Virus record (IMG/VR): IMGVR_UViG_3300017780_005735
Span: 1-46,046 of that record
DNA: 46,046 nucleotides
Strand: one strand, 5' to 3'
Origin: a virus
Lineage: Duplodnaviria > Caudoviricetes
Positions 17,487 to 25,838 of the stretch are shown piece after piece (position 1 is the stretch's first letter; each line of letters begins with the position of its first letter). The notes under the pieces were generated by a model that worked only from the letters and a program-made list of their open reading frames with translations, made no database searches and was not told the DNA's origin. Position numbers and translations under genes: made by a program.

Positions 17487-19093
17487 CCCGTCGAGTGAGT
17501 ACCTGAGAACCCGTCGTAGCCGATTTCCGGCGGGCGATCAAGCAGGGCTTGTTCCATCTCGGATTTTCGCTCGGCATCCGGCGCGTAAACCGTGGAGGCG
17601 AACGTCAGCGCCAAGGCGTCGGCGAAGTCCGGCGATCGGACTTTCTTGGCTTTCAAATCACTCTTACTCGCCAAAAGCAAGTTATTGTTTGTTTCAGGCT
17701 TGGCCTTCACCGCAGTCAAGTCGGCCTGCAGCGCGTCGTCGTCGGGAATTTGGGGCGGCTCATCCTGGTTCTCGAGCCAGTTTTTCATCCGCTGCCACAT
17801 TTCGGCCCGGCGGTTCACCGGGCCGGCGCGTTTCTTGTTGGCCATCTTGGCCTGACTGGTCGCGCCGAAGTTCACGGAGTGCACGACCGCGTCGTATTTC
17901 GGTCCTCGGTTCCGCAAGAAGGCGATAAGCGGGGCGCCGAGGCCGCCGCTGTCGATGAAAACCGCCGCCGGCTTGTAGGTGTCGATCTCCTCCTGCATCC
18001 ATTCGACCGCCTCGACGTAACCGACGTTACGCGCCTTGATCTGGACGCATTTCGACCCGATTCGGTGCGCGATCGTGAACCTGTCGCCATCCGGGCCGGC
18101 AGGGTCAACGCCGAGAATCAGCGGGCCAGCCGTCTCGACCTTGCGTTTCCGGGCCATCATGACCGGCTTGGCCGGGATGAACGACCCCTTGTTGGCGCTC
18201 TGGAACGCCTCGGCCGCGGTGGCCGGGTATTCCTGCTTGAAGCTGTCGAGGCCCTCGTCGAGAACCTTGTTCCGGCGCCACGCCATCTGCTCGAGGTCGC
18301 AGCCATAGGCCGAAGCGTACTCAGCCTCGGTCAGCTCGTCATTGTCGGGGTCCAGCCCCTGTGCCGGCGACGTCGTCGACAGCACAAAATCCGCCTCGAC
18401 AGGGCGGCGATACTCCGCCTGCCAGAACCACGGGATGAACACGCCCTCATAGTCGCCGATTCCGGCCTCGGCGTTCTGCCAGCGACGGTAAAACTCGCCG
18501 TCAACGCCGTTGGCGGTCGACTCGAGGATGACCCAGGTGCCGGGCAGTAGGGCGATGGAGTTGACGGACGCCTTGAAGTGGCCAGGCGCGTTCTCCCAGA
18601 ACGCCACTTCCGACCCGTGAAAGAACTGGCGCGTACCGCCGCGGCCGACTTCCTTCGACCCGGCCGTCTGGACCTCGTAGGAGCTGTTGAGCCGCGCGAA
18701 CGACAGCTCGCGGGCGTTGGAAGCGCCGGTTTTTGGCGCAGCCGGGTTGTTTTTGTGGTAGGTTTCCGTGATGGCGAAGATGTTTTCGGACGTGTCGCCA
18801 TGGTGCGACAGCACGAACGCGCTCTGGTTCTGCCAGAGGGACGTCTTGTGGTAGGCGCGGGCCTGCGACCACGTCGAAATGCCCTGCTGACGGCCTTTCA
18901 GGACCACGAATCGGACATAGCCCTTGCGCCTGAGCATGTCCTCGGCGCGCGCGTTGATATACTGCTGCGCCGTGTTCATCACGAACGGGACGAGGTGGCC
19001 GCCCTTGTCGACGATTTTCAGGCATGTGCGCGCGAAGAAATCAAAGTCGTCACGCATTTTCTTCGCGACGGCGATCTGCTCGGGAGAAACCAC
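17474..19093 (-). CDS. terL: Terminase large subunit
   Basis: KGRQQGIST (Walker A), FFHGSEVAFW (Walker B), ESTANG, GVDPA and SPDFADALA nuclease motifs. Confidence 0.93.
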   Translation of the reverse strand: MVSPEQIAVAKKMRDDFDFFARTCLKIVDKGGHLVPFVMNTAQQYINARAEDMLRRKGYVRFVVLKGRQQGISTWSQARAYHKTSLWQNQSAFVLSHHGDTSENIFAITETYHKNNPAAPKTGASNARELSFARLNSSYEVQTAGSKEVGRGGTRQFFHGSEVAFWENAPGHFKASVNSIALLPGTWVILESTANGVDGEFYRRWQNAEAGIGDYEGVFIPWFWQAEYRRPVEADFVLSTTSPAQGLDPDNDELTEAEYASAYGCDLEQMAWRRNKVLDEGLDSFKQEYPATAAEAFQSANKGSFIPAKPVMMARKRKVETAGPLILGVDPAGPDGDRFTIAHRIGSKCVQIKARNVGYVEAVEWMQEEIDTYKPAAVFIDSGGLGAPLIAFLRNRGPKYDAVVHSVNFGATSQAKMANKKRAGPVNRRAEMWQRMKNWLENQDEPPQIPDDDALQADLTAVKAKPETNNNLLLASKSDLKAKKVRSPDFADALALTFASTVYAPDAERKSEMEQALLDRPPEIGYDGFSGTHSTGWMS

Positions 19094-19180
19094 GGTCAGG
19101 AGCCCTCAAACGCAGCGGAGGAGGACACCGCGCGAGGGCTCCCTACACCGTACAGCGGACCAGCGACTGTGCCCGGCATA

Positions 19181-19570
19181 TCACCCTTGCCCGTCCTCGT
19201 CGGTCTCGTCAAGCGACCCTACGACAATTCCGCCAGCAAAGGCGTCGAAGCTCGAAAAATCCTGCGTCACCGCCGGCGCCGGGTTGTCGACGACCGTGAA
19301 GTCGCCGTCGATCGCCGCCAACACGTCCTCAATGGACCGCTGGTCGTTGATCTCGACGTCCTTCTGGATCGTCTTGGTGAAGATTTTCGTGTAGAAATCG
19401 GCCTCGTTCTGTGCGGATTTCTTGGCCCACTCCTTGAGCCCGTTGGCCCCGCCCATCATGTTGAACACCGTCAGCACAGCGTTCTTCGCGTACTTGCCGG
19501 CGTGCGCCATCACCGCGCCGTCGCTTCCGACGGCCGGGACGTACATGGGAGGGACGATCATCTCGCTCAT
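19181..19570 (-). CDS. Putative terminase small subunit
   Basis: Directly upstream of terL; VFNMMGGANGLKEWAK..FY..FTK helical core; ATGA-coupled start. Confidence 0.55.
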   Translation of the reverse strand: MSEMIVPPMYVPAVGSDGAVMAHAGKYAKNAVLTVFNMMGGANGLKEWAKKSAQNEADFYTKIFTKTIQKDVEINDQRSIEDVLAAIDGDFTVVDNPAPAVTQDFSSFDAFAGGIVVGSLDETDEDGQG

Positions 19571-19896
19571 GGCTCGAGTGTATACTTCGGCCTGTTGTTC
19601 CGCAACCACATGTAGAGGGCCTGGTAGCTGAGCCCCAGCCGCTTGGCGGCAATCTTGGTCCCCAGCCTGTCGCTCAGGTACAGCCGGCGGTTCCGCTCTT
19701 TCAGCGGCAGCATCCGCTTCATGTCGTTGGGCTGCGCCAGCCGCGCGCGAAGCGCCTCCTGCTTATGCCGCTTGAGGAAATGCCACAGCGTGGACGGCAG
19801 CATGTCGAGCTCGTGCGCGGCGTCCTGCAGATAGCCGCCCTGATCTGCGACGCGCTTGCACACGGTGATCCGGGCCTTCACCTGCCCTAGCGACAT
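19567..19896 (-). CDS. Tandem HTH DNA-binding protein
   Basis: DAAHELDMLPSTLWHFL and AAKRLGLSYQALYMWL. Confidence 0.65.
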   Translation of the reverse strand: MSLGQVKARITVCKRVADQGGYLQDAAHELDMLPSTLWHFLKRHKQEALRARLAQPNDMKRMLPLKERNRRLYLSDRLGTKIAAKRLGLSYQALYMWLRNNRPKYTLEP

Positions 19897-20043
19897 GGCG
19901 CTGGCAGGACGGGTAGTCCCAGGTCTCGTACTCGTCGGTGTCTCGGTCGTCATGGTCGGGGTGATAGCCTATGTCCTTGTCGTCGGGCGCCTCAGACCCG
20001 CCGTCTGGGTCAAACGGGTCGTCGAACGGCGAGGCGTCCTCGA

Positions 20044-20148
20044 CTAGGGACGCCCGCGGTATCTCAGGATGAGCGCGATTCCGATGCATACCAGAACATA
20101 CGCCCCGAGGCTGGCAAGCGCAACGACCCCGACCATTTCCGGCTCCAT
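20044..20148 (-). CDS. 34-aa single-TM peptide
   Basis: TGATG-coupled start; MEPEMVGVVALASLGAYVLVCIGIALILRYRGRP. Confidence 0.45.
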   Translation of the reverse strand: MEPEMVGVVALASLGAYVLVCIGIALILRYRGRP

Positions 20149-20438
20149 CAATGCACCGTGAAAAGTGTGAACTTGCCGTCAGCGTCCTGCTCGGCAATCC
20201 CCGGCAGTATGCGGCTTTTCCACCCTGTCACAAGGTGAACCTGGTGAATCTCGTCGGCCCCCTGCCGGCGCGTGGCAAAGCCGTTGGCGTACCAGTCGCG
20301 GAACCGCAGGTCGTAATCCTCGTCCTCGGGGTCAAACGGGACCAGTCGCTCGAGCTCGACGCTGTACTGCGCCTGCACGACGTAGCCCGGAATCGTGTTC
20401 GGCTTCGGCGCCGGTGGCGGCACGGTCAGCGTGAACAT
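20148..20438 (-). CDS. Hypothetical protein
   Basis: ATG overlaps the groES stop. Confidence 0.55.
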   Translation of the reverse strand: MFTLTVPPPAPKPNTIPGYVVQAQYSVELERLVPFDPEDEDYDLRFRDWYANGFATRRQGADEIHQVHLVTGWKSRILPGIAEQDADGKFTLFTVH

Positions 20439-20821
20439 CAGCCCTGCTCGATCCAGAGGATGTCGTTCTCGCGCATCATCAGCAGCTCCTCGAGCCCCTT
20501 GCCGATGTCCACTTTCACAACGTTCTCGTTGTGCGCCCACTTGCCGAACCGCACGCGGTCGCCGGCCTTCACCTCGGTTTTCACGAAGATACCGTTGACG
20601 TGGGTGCCTGGCCCGATGGCCACAACCTCGCCCAGACAGGACTTCTCGGCCGCGCCGTCGGGGATGATGATGTTGCCCACCTTCACAGCCTCGGCGCGCA
20701 CCAGCGCATAGTCGTGCAGCATCCGCTTGGGCTTGGCCTTCGGCTCAACCTTCGTGGTCTTGCCAGACCTCATGCCGTCGAACTCAAACTCGTCGAGAGG
20801 TTCTCGGTACGTGGCCATCAC
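20438..20821 (-). CDS. groES: GroES/Cpn10-like co-chaperonin with N-terminal extension
   Basis: LHDYALVR..GNIIIPD.A.EK...GEVVAIGPG...VKAGDRVRFGKW...LLMMRENDIL. Confidence 0.9.
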   Translation of the reverse strand: MMATYREPLDEFEFDGMRSGKTTKVEPKAKPKRMLHDYALVRAEAVKVGNIIIPDGAAEKSCLGEVVAIGPGTHVNGIFVKTEVKAGDRVRFGKWAHNENVVKVDIGKGLEELLMMRENDILWIEQG

Positions 20822-21012
20822 GGCTCCTTCGACAGGTCGTGGAACAACTGGATCGACACCTGAACACCCATCACGCGGGCGATCTCGGTGAGCATGGCGA
20901 CCTTCGAAGCCGGCGAGAAATCCTTGCTGGCCGAGTACGCGTCGACGCCCTTGTGGGTCGTGTAGCGCAGGACGTGGTCCGCGTCCGGTACGGTTTTCGC
21001 CGTGACGATCAT
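20818..21012 (-). CDS. Hypothetical protein
   Basis: ATG with GAGGAGG SD. Confidence 0.5.
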   Translation of the reverse strand: MIVTAKTVPDADHVLRYTTHKGVDAYSASKDFSPASKVAMLTEIARVMGVQVSIQLFHDLSKEP

Positions 21013-21031
21013 TCCGCCCTCCTCAGAGCGT

Positions 21032-21214
21032 TCAGCGTTTCTTGAGGTACTGCTCGCTGCGTTTCCGCGCAGCCTCAACCGCGGCCATCATCTTCGGGTC
21101 CTTGCTCGGACCCTTCGTCACCGGATCGACCTTCACGCCAGGCGGCTTTGGCGGCTTGGCCCGCGTCGGGACCTTGCTGTCGATCTTGTCCGAGAGGATG
21201 TTGAAAAACGGCAT
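21032..21214 (-). CDS. Small basic hypothetical protein (first gene of the leftward operon)
   Basis: 60-aa Lys/Pro-rich ORF. Confidence 0.5.
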   Translation of the reverse strand: MPFFNILSDKIDSKVPTRAKPPKPPGVKVDPVTKGPSKDPKMMAAVEAARKRSEQYLKKR

Positions 21215-21320
21215 CTGCGAAATCCATTGCCCCGGGCGCTTAGCTCGCTGAGCCAGAGACGCTACCGGGGCTTACCGCAGCTTCGTCGCATGGCTCGCGT
21301 GGCGGGTCAAGCGGGAATTT

Positions 21321-21427
21321 TGGAGGCGGGGCAGGATTCGAACCTGCGGTCTCCGGTGTGCGCCTTTTCAGGTTCCAGAGATACCCACTGCCGTCGGGCG
21401 ACCTCAACCACTCGGTCCACCCGCCTC
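21321..21427 (-). ncRNA. tRNA-like RNA with atypical anticodon arm and 35-nt extra arm
   Basis: Acceptor (G)AGGCGGG/CCCGCCT(C); D-arm GACC-GAGTGGTTGA-GGTC; T-arm GCAGG-TTCGAAT-CCTGC; ends in CCA. Confidence 0.75.
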
Positions 21428-21490
21428 TCAGGGTCTTGGTCGCATAGTCGCGCGAAAAAATCCAGAAAATTTTACTGGCTAAGTTACGGA

Positions 21491-21838
21491 TGTAACATGG
21501 CTTGCAAGGGTCTGGGAAATCTCAGGAATTCGGTGTCGGGGTGATACCGCCCCCTTCCCGCCCCAACCACGAACCACCGCCCCCGGGGTCCGAGCCGGGC
21601 GTTAACCCTAACGCGGGGTTAGCTATGCGGCCTTGGCCCCTTGGCCCCTGTGCCAGCCTGGCACACTGAGCTGGCATGGGGTTTGGCCCCTGTGTAACAT
21701 GGTGTGCAAGGTGACTATGTAACATGGCTTGCATGGGGTGGGAGCGGGCTGGGTTGCGGGGTGAGGGGCGCCCTTTGGCACAGTGGGCAAGGTGTGTGTA
21801 ATACACCTTACAAATCTAGACTGCCTCGTGTTACATGG
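21491..21838. promoter_or_regulatory. Divergent non-coding control region with TGTAACATGG repeats, palindromes and G/C-run tracts (candidate packaging/origin region)
   Basis: TGTAACATGG at 21491, 21693 and 21718; TGTTACATGG at 21829; TTGGCCCCT three times; strand switch point. Confidence 0.55.
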
Positions 21839-21954
21839 TCCAGAGCGATGTAAGACAATAGAAATAATAACCGTTACGTTTCATCCTTCTGCACCAAGTT
21901 TTTTTGAGGGTCCAACTCTTGCAATATCTGTTAATCGATAAATAGGAGCCTGTT

Positions 21955-22137
21955 ATGCGTTTCCAACTAAGCCAACTCACGCGCGACGCGATTGACCAAG
22001 CCATGCGCTTAGCCCTTGCCGAGATCGCAGCGACCACGCGAGACAAGCAAACCATGCGCAGTGCAGTAATGGGCGCTATGTCGCAGTACTCACAAAACAA
22101 CGTTGACCGCCTGATTTCAGACGTCCTGCGCAAATAA
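21955..22137 (+). CDS. Early hypothetical protein
   Basis: AGGAG SD; first rightward ORF. Confidence 0.6.
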   Translation: MRFQLSQLTRDAIDQAMRLALAEIAATTRDKQTMRSAVMGAMSQYSQNNVDRLISDVLRK

Positions 22138-22224
22138 AGCGACATAGCGGCGAATTATCTTCCCGCGTTATTGCCTGCGTAACACTTCTCGCATAGTATC
22201 TTACATAACAAGGGAGCTAGATCA

Positions 22225-22404
22225 GTGACAATCTCATACGATCCGCGCGCAATGGAAGCCAAGCGCCAACGCGTTGACCTAGGCGCCGTTATCAATGCCG
22301 CGCCGACGCGCAAAGGCCCTGCGCTGTGGGAGTGTGCCGGCCTGGCCCTCATCGGATTCGCCTGTGGCGTGGTCGCTGCAGCGCTCCTTATCAACGGAGT
22401 CTGA
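22225..22404 (+). CDS. Small early protein with C-terminal TM segment
   Basis: GGGAG SD, GTG start; LALIGFACGVVAAALLI. Confidence 0.45.
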   Translation: MTISYDPRAMEAKRQRVDLGAVINAAPTRKGPALWECAGLALIGFACGVVAAALLINGV

Positions 22405-22407
22405 GTC

Positions 22408-22593
22408 ATGCACGGGTTCAAGTGCTTCTATAACGGCCGCGAGTGGGAGACCCACGCGGAGTCACTGTATGCCGCGAAACTTGCGGCCGTGGCGTATTTC
22501 AAAGCGCCTAAGTCGAAGTCCCATATGGTCTCTGTTGTGCTTTGCGAGCGGCCGGACGGGTCGACCGTCACCCACTCAACGGCCGGAGTCTGA
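22408..22593 (+). CDS. Early hypothetical protein
   Basis: GGAG SD; MHGFKCFYNGREWETHAESLYAAK. Confidence 0.7.
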   Translation: MHGFKCFYNGREWETHAESLYAAKLAAVAYFKAPKSKSHMVSVVLCERPDGSTVTHSTAGV

Positions 22594-22596
22594 GTC

Positions 22597-22797
22597 ATGT
22601 TCGTAGTTTTCTGGACCGATCGCGGACCGAACGGCGGCGCCGATGGAAGCGTGGACCATTTCGAAATGGTGGAGACGCGGGCCAAAGCCGGGCGCCGTTA
22701 TTCCGAATTGCTTAATCTGGCGTCGACATATTGCGCCGGGTTCGGGCCATGCACGCGCGGGACTGAGCCGCATTGGACAGAGAAACAGGGGAGCTAA
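22597..22797 (+). CDS. Early hypothetical protein
   Basis: Same GGAGTCTGAGTCATG junction as the previous gene. Confidence 0.6.
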   Translation: MFVVFWTDRGPNGGADGSVDHFEMVETRAKAGRRYSELLNLASTYCAGFGPCTRGTEPHWTEKQGS

Positions 22798-22932
22798 CAG
22801 TGACCAATTATTTCCGCCGGATGCCGCGCGCAAAGCCGTGGCGGGTTTACCTTATCTTGAGGAATTGACGGCATACGAAAACGAGCAAGCCGCGATAGCC
22901 GCGGCCGCTGCAAACCAAGGGGAGCTTTTCTA

Positions 22933-23214
22933 GTGGGCGAGACAGTATCAGGGAGCGCCTTGGCGCCGGACGTTCAACGCCAAGCCCTTGCGCGCTTCGT
23001 GCACCGGTTCACACGCACGCACCGGCCGCAATGGGCGCGGTCCAATCCCAACTATATGCCGCAATTCGCCGACGACTCCGATTGGCTTGCCAATACCCGG
23101 TTTTACGTCACCAAGGCAGGCAAGCTGGACGGGCGTCACCGCTACTGCATTTCCACCCCGACCTGGCCCGATGGGAAAGGCATATGGGGCGAGAAGGGGA
23201 GGGACTGGCAATGA
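22933..23214 (+). CDS. Early hypothetical protein
   Basis: GGGGAG SD, GTG start; ALARFVHRFT..H.PQW..PQFADDSDWLANTRF. Confidence 0.7.
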   Translation: MGETVSGSALAPDVQRQALARFVHRFTRTHRPQWARSNPNYMPQFADDSDWLANTRFYVTKAGKLDGRHRYCISTPTWPDGKGIWGEKGRDWQ

Positions 23215-23366
23215 CATGGGGCGAGGCATTCGAGGACGCGCAAGGCGCGCCTGTGGCCACTGCGGCCGAGGTAAGCGCGGCATGGTTCTCGCTACTGGAT
23301 GACGTGCTAAACGAGCTTGCCATGGCGGCACGCTCCCAATGGGAAGGCCTGGCCGATGACGTTTGA
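23211..23366 (+). CDS. Small acidic early protein
   Basis: ATGA overlap and GGGGAGG SD. Confidence 0.5.
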   Translation: MTWGEAFEDAQGAPVATAAEVSAAWFSLLDDVLNELAMAARSQWEGLADDV

Positions 23367-23643
23367 TCCGACTCCGAAAGTGAATTGCCAGTATGGCGCG
23401 CCGATGGGGCGCCGCGGCAACGGTACGCCAGCGCATGTCGACGGGGAGAAGCTGTATTTGCGACGCGTCCCTCTTGATAGCGGTGGCTATGACAGCGGCG
23501 GCGCCTATTGGGGTCTCGGCCAAAGGCTTTACGCGTGGTCGAATATTGAGGGCGACCGATCGGGATACTTGCGCGCGAGAGACCGCGACGCAGCGAAAGC
23601 CGAGATACGCAAGGATGCACCCGGCGCGAGGTTTTTCCTATGA
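23356..23643 (+). CDS. Conserved-looking phage early protein
   Basis: YGAPMGRR..LRRVPLDSGGYDSGGAYWG. Confidence 0.7.
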   Translation: MTFDPTPKVNCQYGAPMGRRGNGTPAHVDGEKLYLRRVPLDSGGYDSGGAYWGLGQRLYAWSNIEGDRSGYLRARDRDAAKAEIRKDAPGARFFL

Positions 23644-23990
23644 CACTGCACAGAGTCGGCGCCTTCAACGTGCGCCTAGTCCGCGAGGGCGAGCGATACG
23701 GGCGCCGCGACAGCCTCACGCATGACAGCGCGCGGACCATGATAGAGTTTTACGACACGCGACACGCGGACCCGGATTTCCCCGAGCGGGGACAGTTTGT
23801 GAGCCGCTACTATCTCTCGACGTTGGCGAGCGACGCGCGCCGGCGCGGCATAGACCATGGCCTGGACATGCACGGCGGCGTCCCGAGCTGGAAACTGACA
23901 GCGGAGGAGCTGGGCGCGGCGCTCAACTGGGCGGCCGAGGAGGAGCGGAACGCCGCTTGCACGGCCGACAATGACAAGGGAGAGACCTGA
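23640..23990 (+). CDS. Early hypothetical protein
   Basis: ATGA overlap; IEFYDTR..RGQFVSRYY..GLDMHGGVPSW. Confidence 0.7.
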   Translation: MTLHRVGAFNVRLVREGERYGRRDSLTHDSARTMIEFYDTRHADPDFPERGQFVSRYYLSTLASDARRRGIDHGLDMHGGVPSWKLTAEELGAALNWAAEEERNAACTADNDKGET

Positions 23991-23991
23991 T

Positions 23992-24201
23992 ATGTCGAGC
24001 ACAGTTTATTTCAAGGCGGCGGTGAACGAAAACGGGGAGCTGCACTCAATCGGCAGTGACCTGCAGGGTAAAGCCACGCTTTCCGAATGTGCTTTCACCT
24101 ATGCCGAGGCCGAGAACCTGGAAGCCATGGGTTGCCGGCCGGTCGTGGTGTCAGTGGTCCGCGCGTTCAAGACGCGTCAGGACGTTGTGGAGGACTGCTA
24201 A
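23992..24201 (+). CDS. Early hypothetical protein
   Basis: SD plus ATG after the previous stop. Confidence 0.5.
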   Translation: MSSTVYFKAAVNENGELHSIGSDLQGKATLSECAFTYAEAENLEAMGCRPVVVSVVRAFKTRQDVVEDC

Positions 24202-24435
24202 ATGAGCGTGCGAGATAACCAGATCAAAATGGCGGCCGATATTCTGGCCGGCATTGTTGGCCCTAGCGGGTTGACTGTGCGAGAGCTGGGCGAGGCGTTG
24301 CGCTACATGTGTCGCCGCAACCAGAAAGCCACGGTGTGCCAAGAGGACGGGACAGCGGAGGCGTGGGACGCGCTCGCCCGCTCCGCCGTCCAGTTTATGG
24401 ACGTCGCCGACACGCACAGGGATTTAGTGAATTGA
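24202..24435 (+). CDS. Early hypothetical protein
   Basis: GGAGGA SD; abuts the previous stop. Confidence 0.55.
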   Translation: MSVRDNQIKMAADILAGIVGPSGLTVRELGEALRYMCRRNQKATVCQEDGTAEAWDALARSAVQFMDVADTHRDLVN

Positions 24436-24626
24436 GCTAAGGCGGCGCCCCAACCCTGGCCGCAGACATAACAGGGGCTCGAACCCGTGAGGGACATAGC
24501 AAAGGCGAGGCATAGTCATTAAGGACGAAAACACGGGGCCGCCAATTGTCATTGTTAGCCCGTGATGCCTCGCCAGTCTGCACAAGTTTAACGCGCCTTG
24601 GATGGCGCAATTTTGGAGGTCTACAT

Positions 24627-25412
24627 ATGAAAGCGTTTAAAAAAGTCGTGCGCCCGTGCTCCGTTATGGAGTGGTCGCGCGTCGGGCATGAGACACCCGC
24701 CAAGGTATTCTGCACGATCGAGCTGCGCGAGGGCGGCGAGCTGTCTATAACGGGTGTTGTCGGCCCTACGTCCAACGGAGACGCGCGAGGCAGTTGCGGG
24801 CAGATTAACGAGACGCTTCAGAAGGCGGTCGATGCCGGCAAGGTGGAGAGCTACGCCGACGGCTGGGACCAGGACAAGCTGGCACAACTGCTTGGTATCT
24901 GGGACCGCTGGCATCTCAACCACATGAGCGCGGCAGATCACGCCATGCGCCGCGACGGGTGGCTTGCCCAGCGCGAGGAGGCGGTATGGGTTCACAAGTA
25001 CACGCTGAGCCGCGAGGCGATGAAGCAGAAAACAGACGCCGAGGACGCAGCAAAAAAGGCGCTGAAGAAAGGCGAGACGTTCGGCTATACCCCCGAGCAG
25101 CTGGAGGCGGTCAACCGGCCTTACAGCACGCAACGCATCACCGAGACAGCGACGCCGCCGGCGACGCCGGACCACTACAGCCCCGCCGATCGATACCTTC
25201 CGGGCGGCGGCAAGGTCGCCGAAGGTCCCGAGCGCAAAACGATGGGGTGGCTGCGCCCTGATGAGCACCCGCGCGGCCTGCTGGGCAAGAAACACCCCGA
25301 GACGGGCAACGGTTACGGCTCCGCCTGGTATCGCGAGGATGTCCCCGAGGACGTGCTGCAGTGGTTGGCCGACCTGCCGGCCGCAGACGTTCGCCACCCG
25401 TGGGGGTCGTGA
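24627..25412 (+). CDS. Hypothetical protein
   Basis: GGAGGT SD; ELSITGVVG..SCGQI..WDRWHLNHM..YGSAWYREDVP. Confidence 0.75.
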   Translation: MKAFKKVVRPCSVMEWSRVGHETPAKVFCTIELREGGELSITGVVGPTSNGDARGSCGQINETLQKAVDAGKVESYADGWDQDKLAQLLGIWDRWHLNHMSAADHAMRRDGWLAQREEAVWVHKYTLSREAMKQKTDAEDAAKKALKKGETFGYTPEQLEAVNRPYSTQRITETATPPATPDHYSPADRYLPGGGKVAEGPERKTMGWLRPDEHPRGLLGKKHPETGNGYGSAWYREDVPEDVLQWLADLPAADVRHPWGS

Positions 25413-25708
25413 TGGGTGTCCCTATTGACGTGCAAAGCGCAATTCTGCGCATCGCCGACGCTCTCGAAAAGATCGCCAGCACGCCGCACAAGGCCGAGGC
25501 GCAGCCGCTGTCTGATACCTCCTATGCGATGAAGGTGGCGCGGCCGGCGCATGAGCTCGGCGACGCGCTGCAGGCGTGGATGCTGGCCGACGGGCTGGGC
25601 CACTCTGGCGCGCTAGTGCTGCGCGACGCCATCCAGCAGGCCACCAAGCCAGAAACGATCGAGTGGCTGGCCGCGATCGCCGAGCGTTACGGGTTTAACC
25701 GGCCGTGA
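25412..25708 (+). CDS. Hypothetical protein
   Basis: TGATG coupling. Confidence 0.55.
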   Translation: MGVPIDVQSAILRIADALEKIASTPHKAEAQPLSDTSYAMKVARPAHELGDALQAWMLADGLGHSGALVLRDAIQQATKPETIEWLAAIAERYGFNRP

Positions 25709-25838
25709 GGCTGATACTCGCCTTCGCGCTATGCGTGGCGCTGTATAGCGTCCTGGCGATCGCTGTGGGCGGCTATCTTGAGCGACAGGCCGTCGCGCTG
25801 TATGACTATGTAAACGAAGCGTTAGAGGATGCGCAGAG

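Noticed and set aside
19763-20197. 144-aa ORF with an acidic stretch
   Set aside because: Overlaps better-coupled ORFs on both sides and has no clear start; a short acidic gene at about 19900-20090 cannot be excluded
21321-21350. tRNA 3' end as an attP site
   Set aside because: No integrase found, and the 5' half pairs with the 3' half, so it is a whole element
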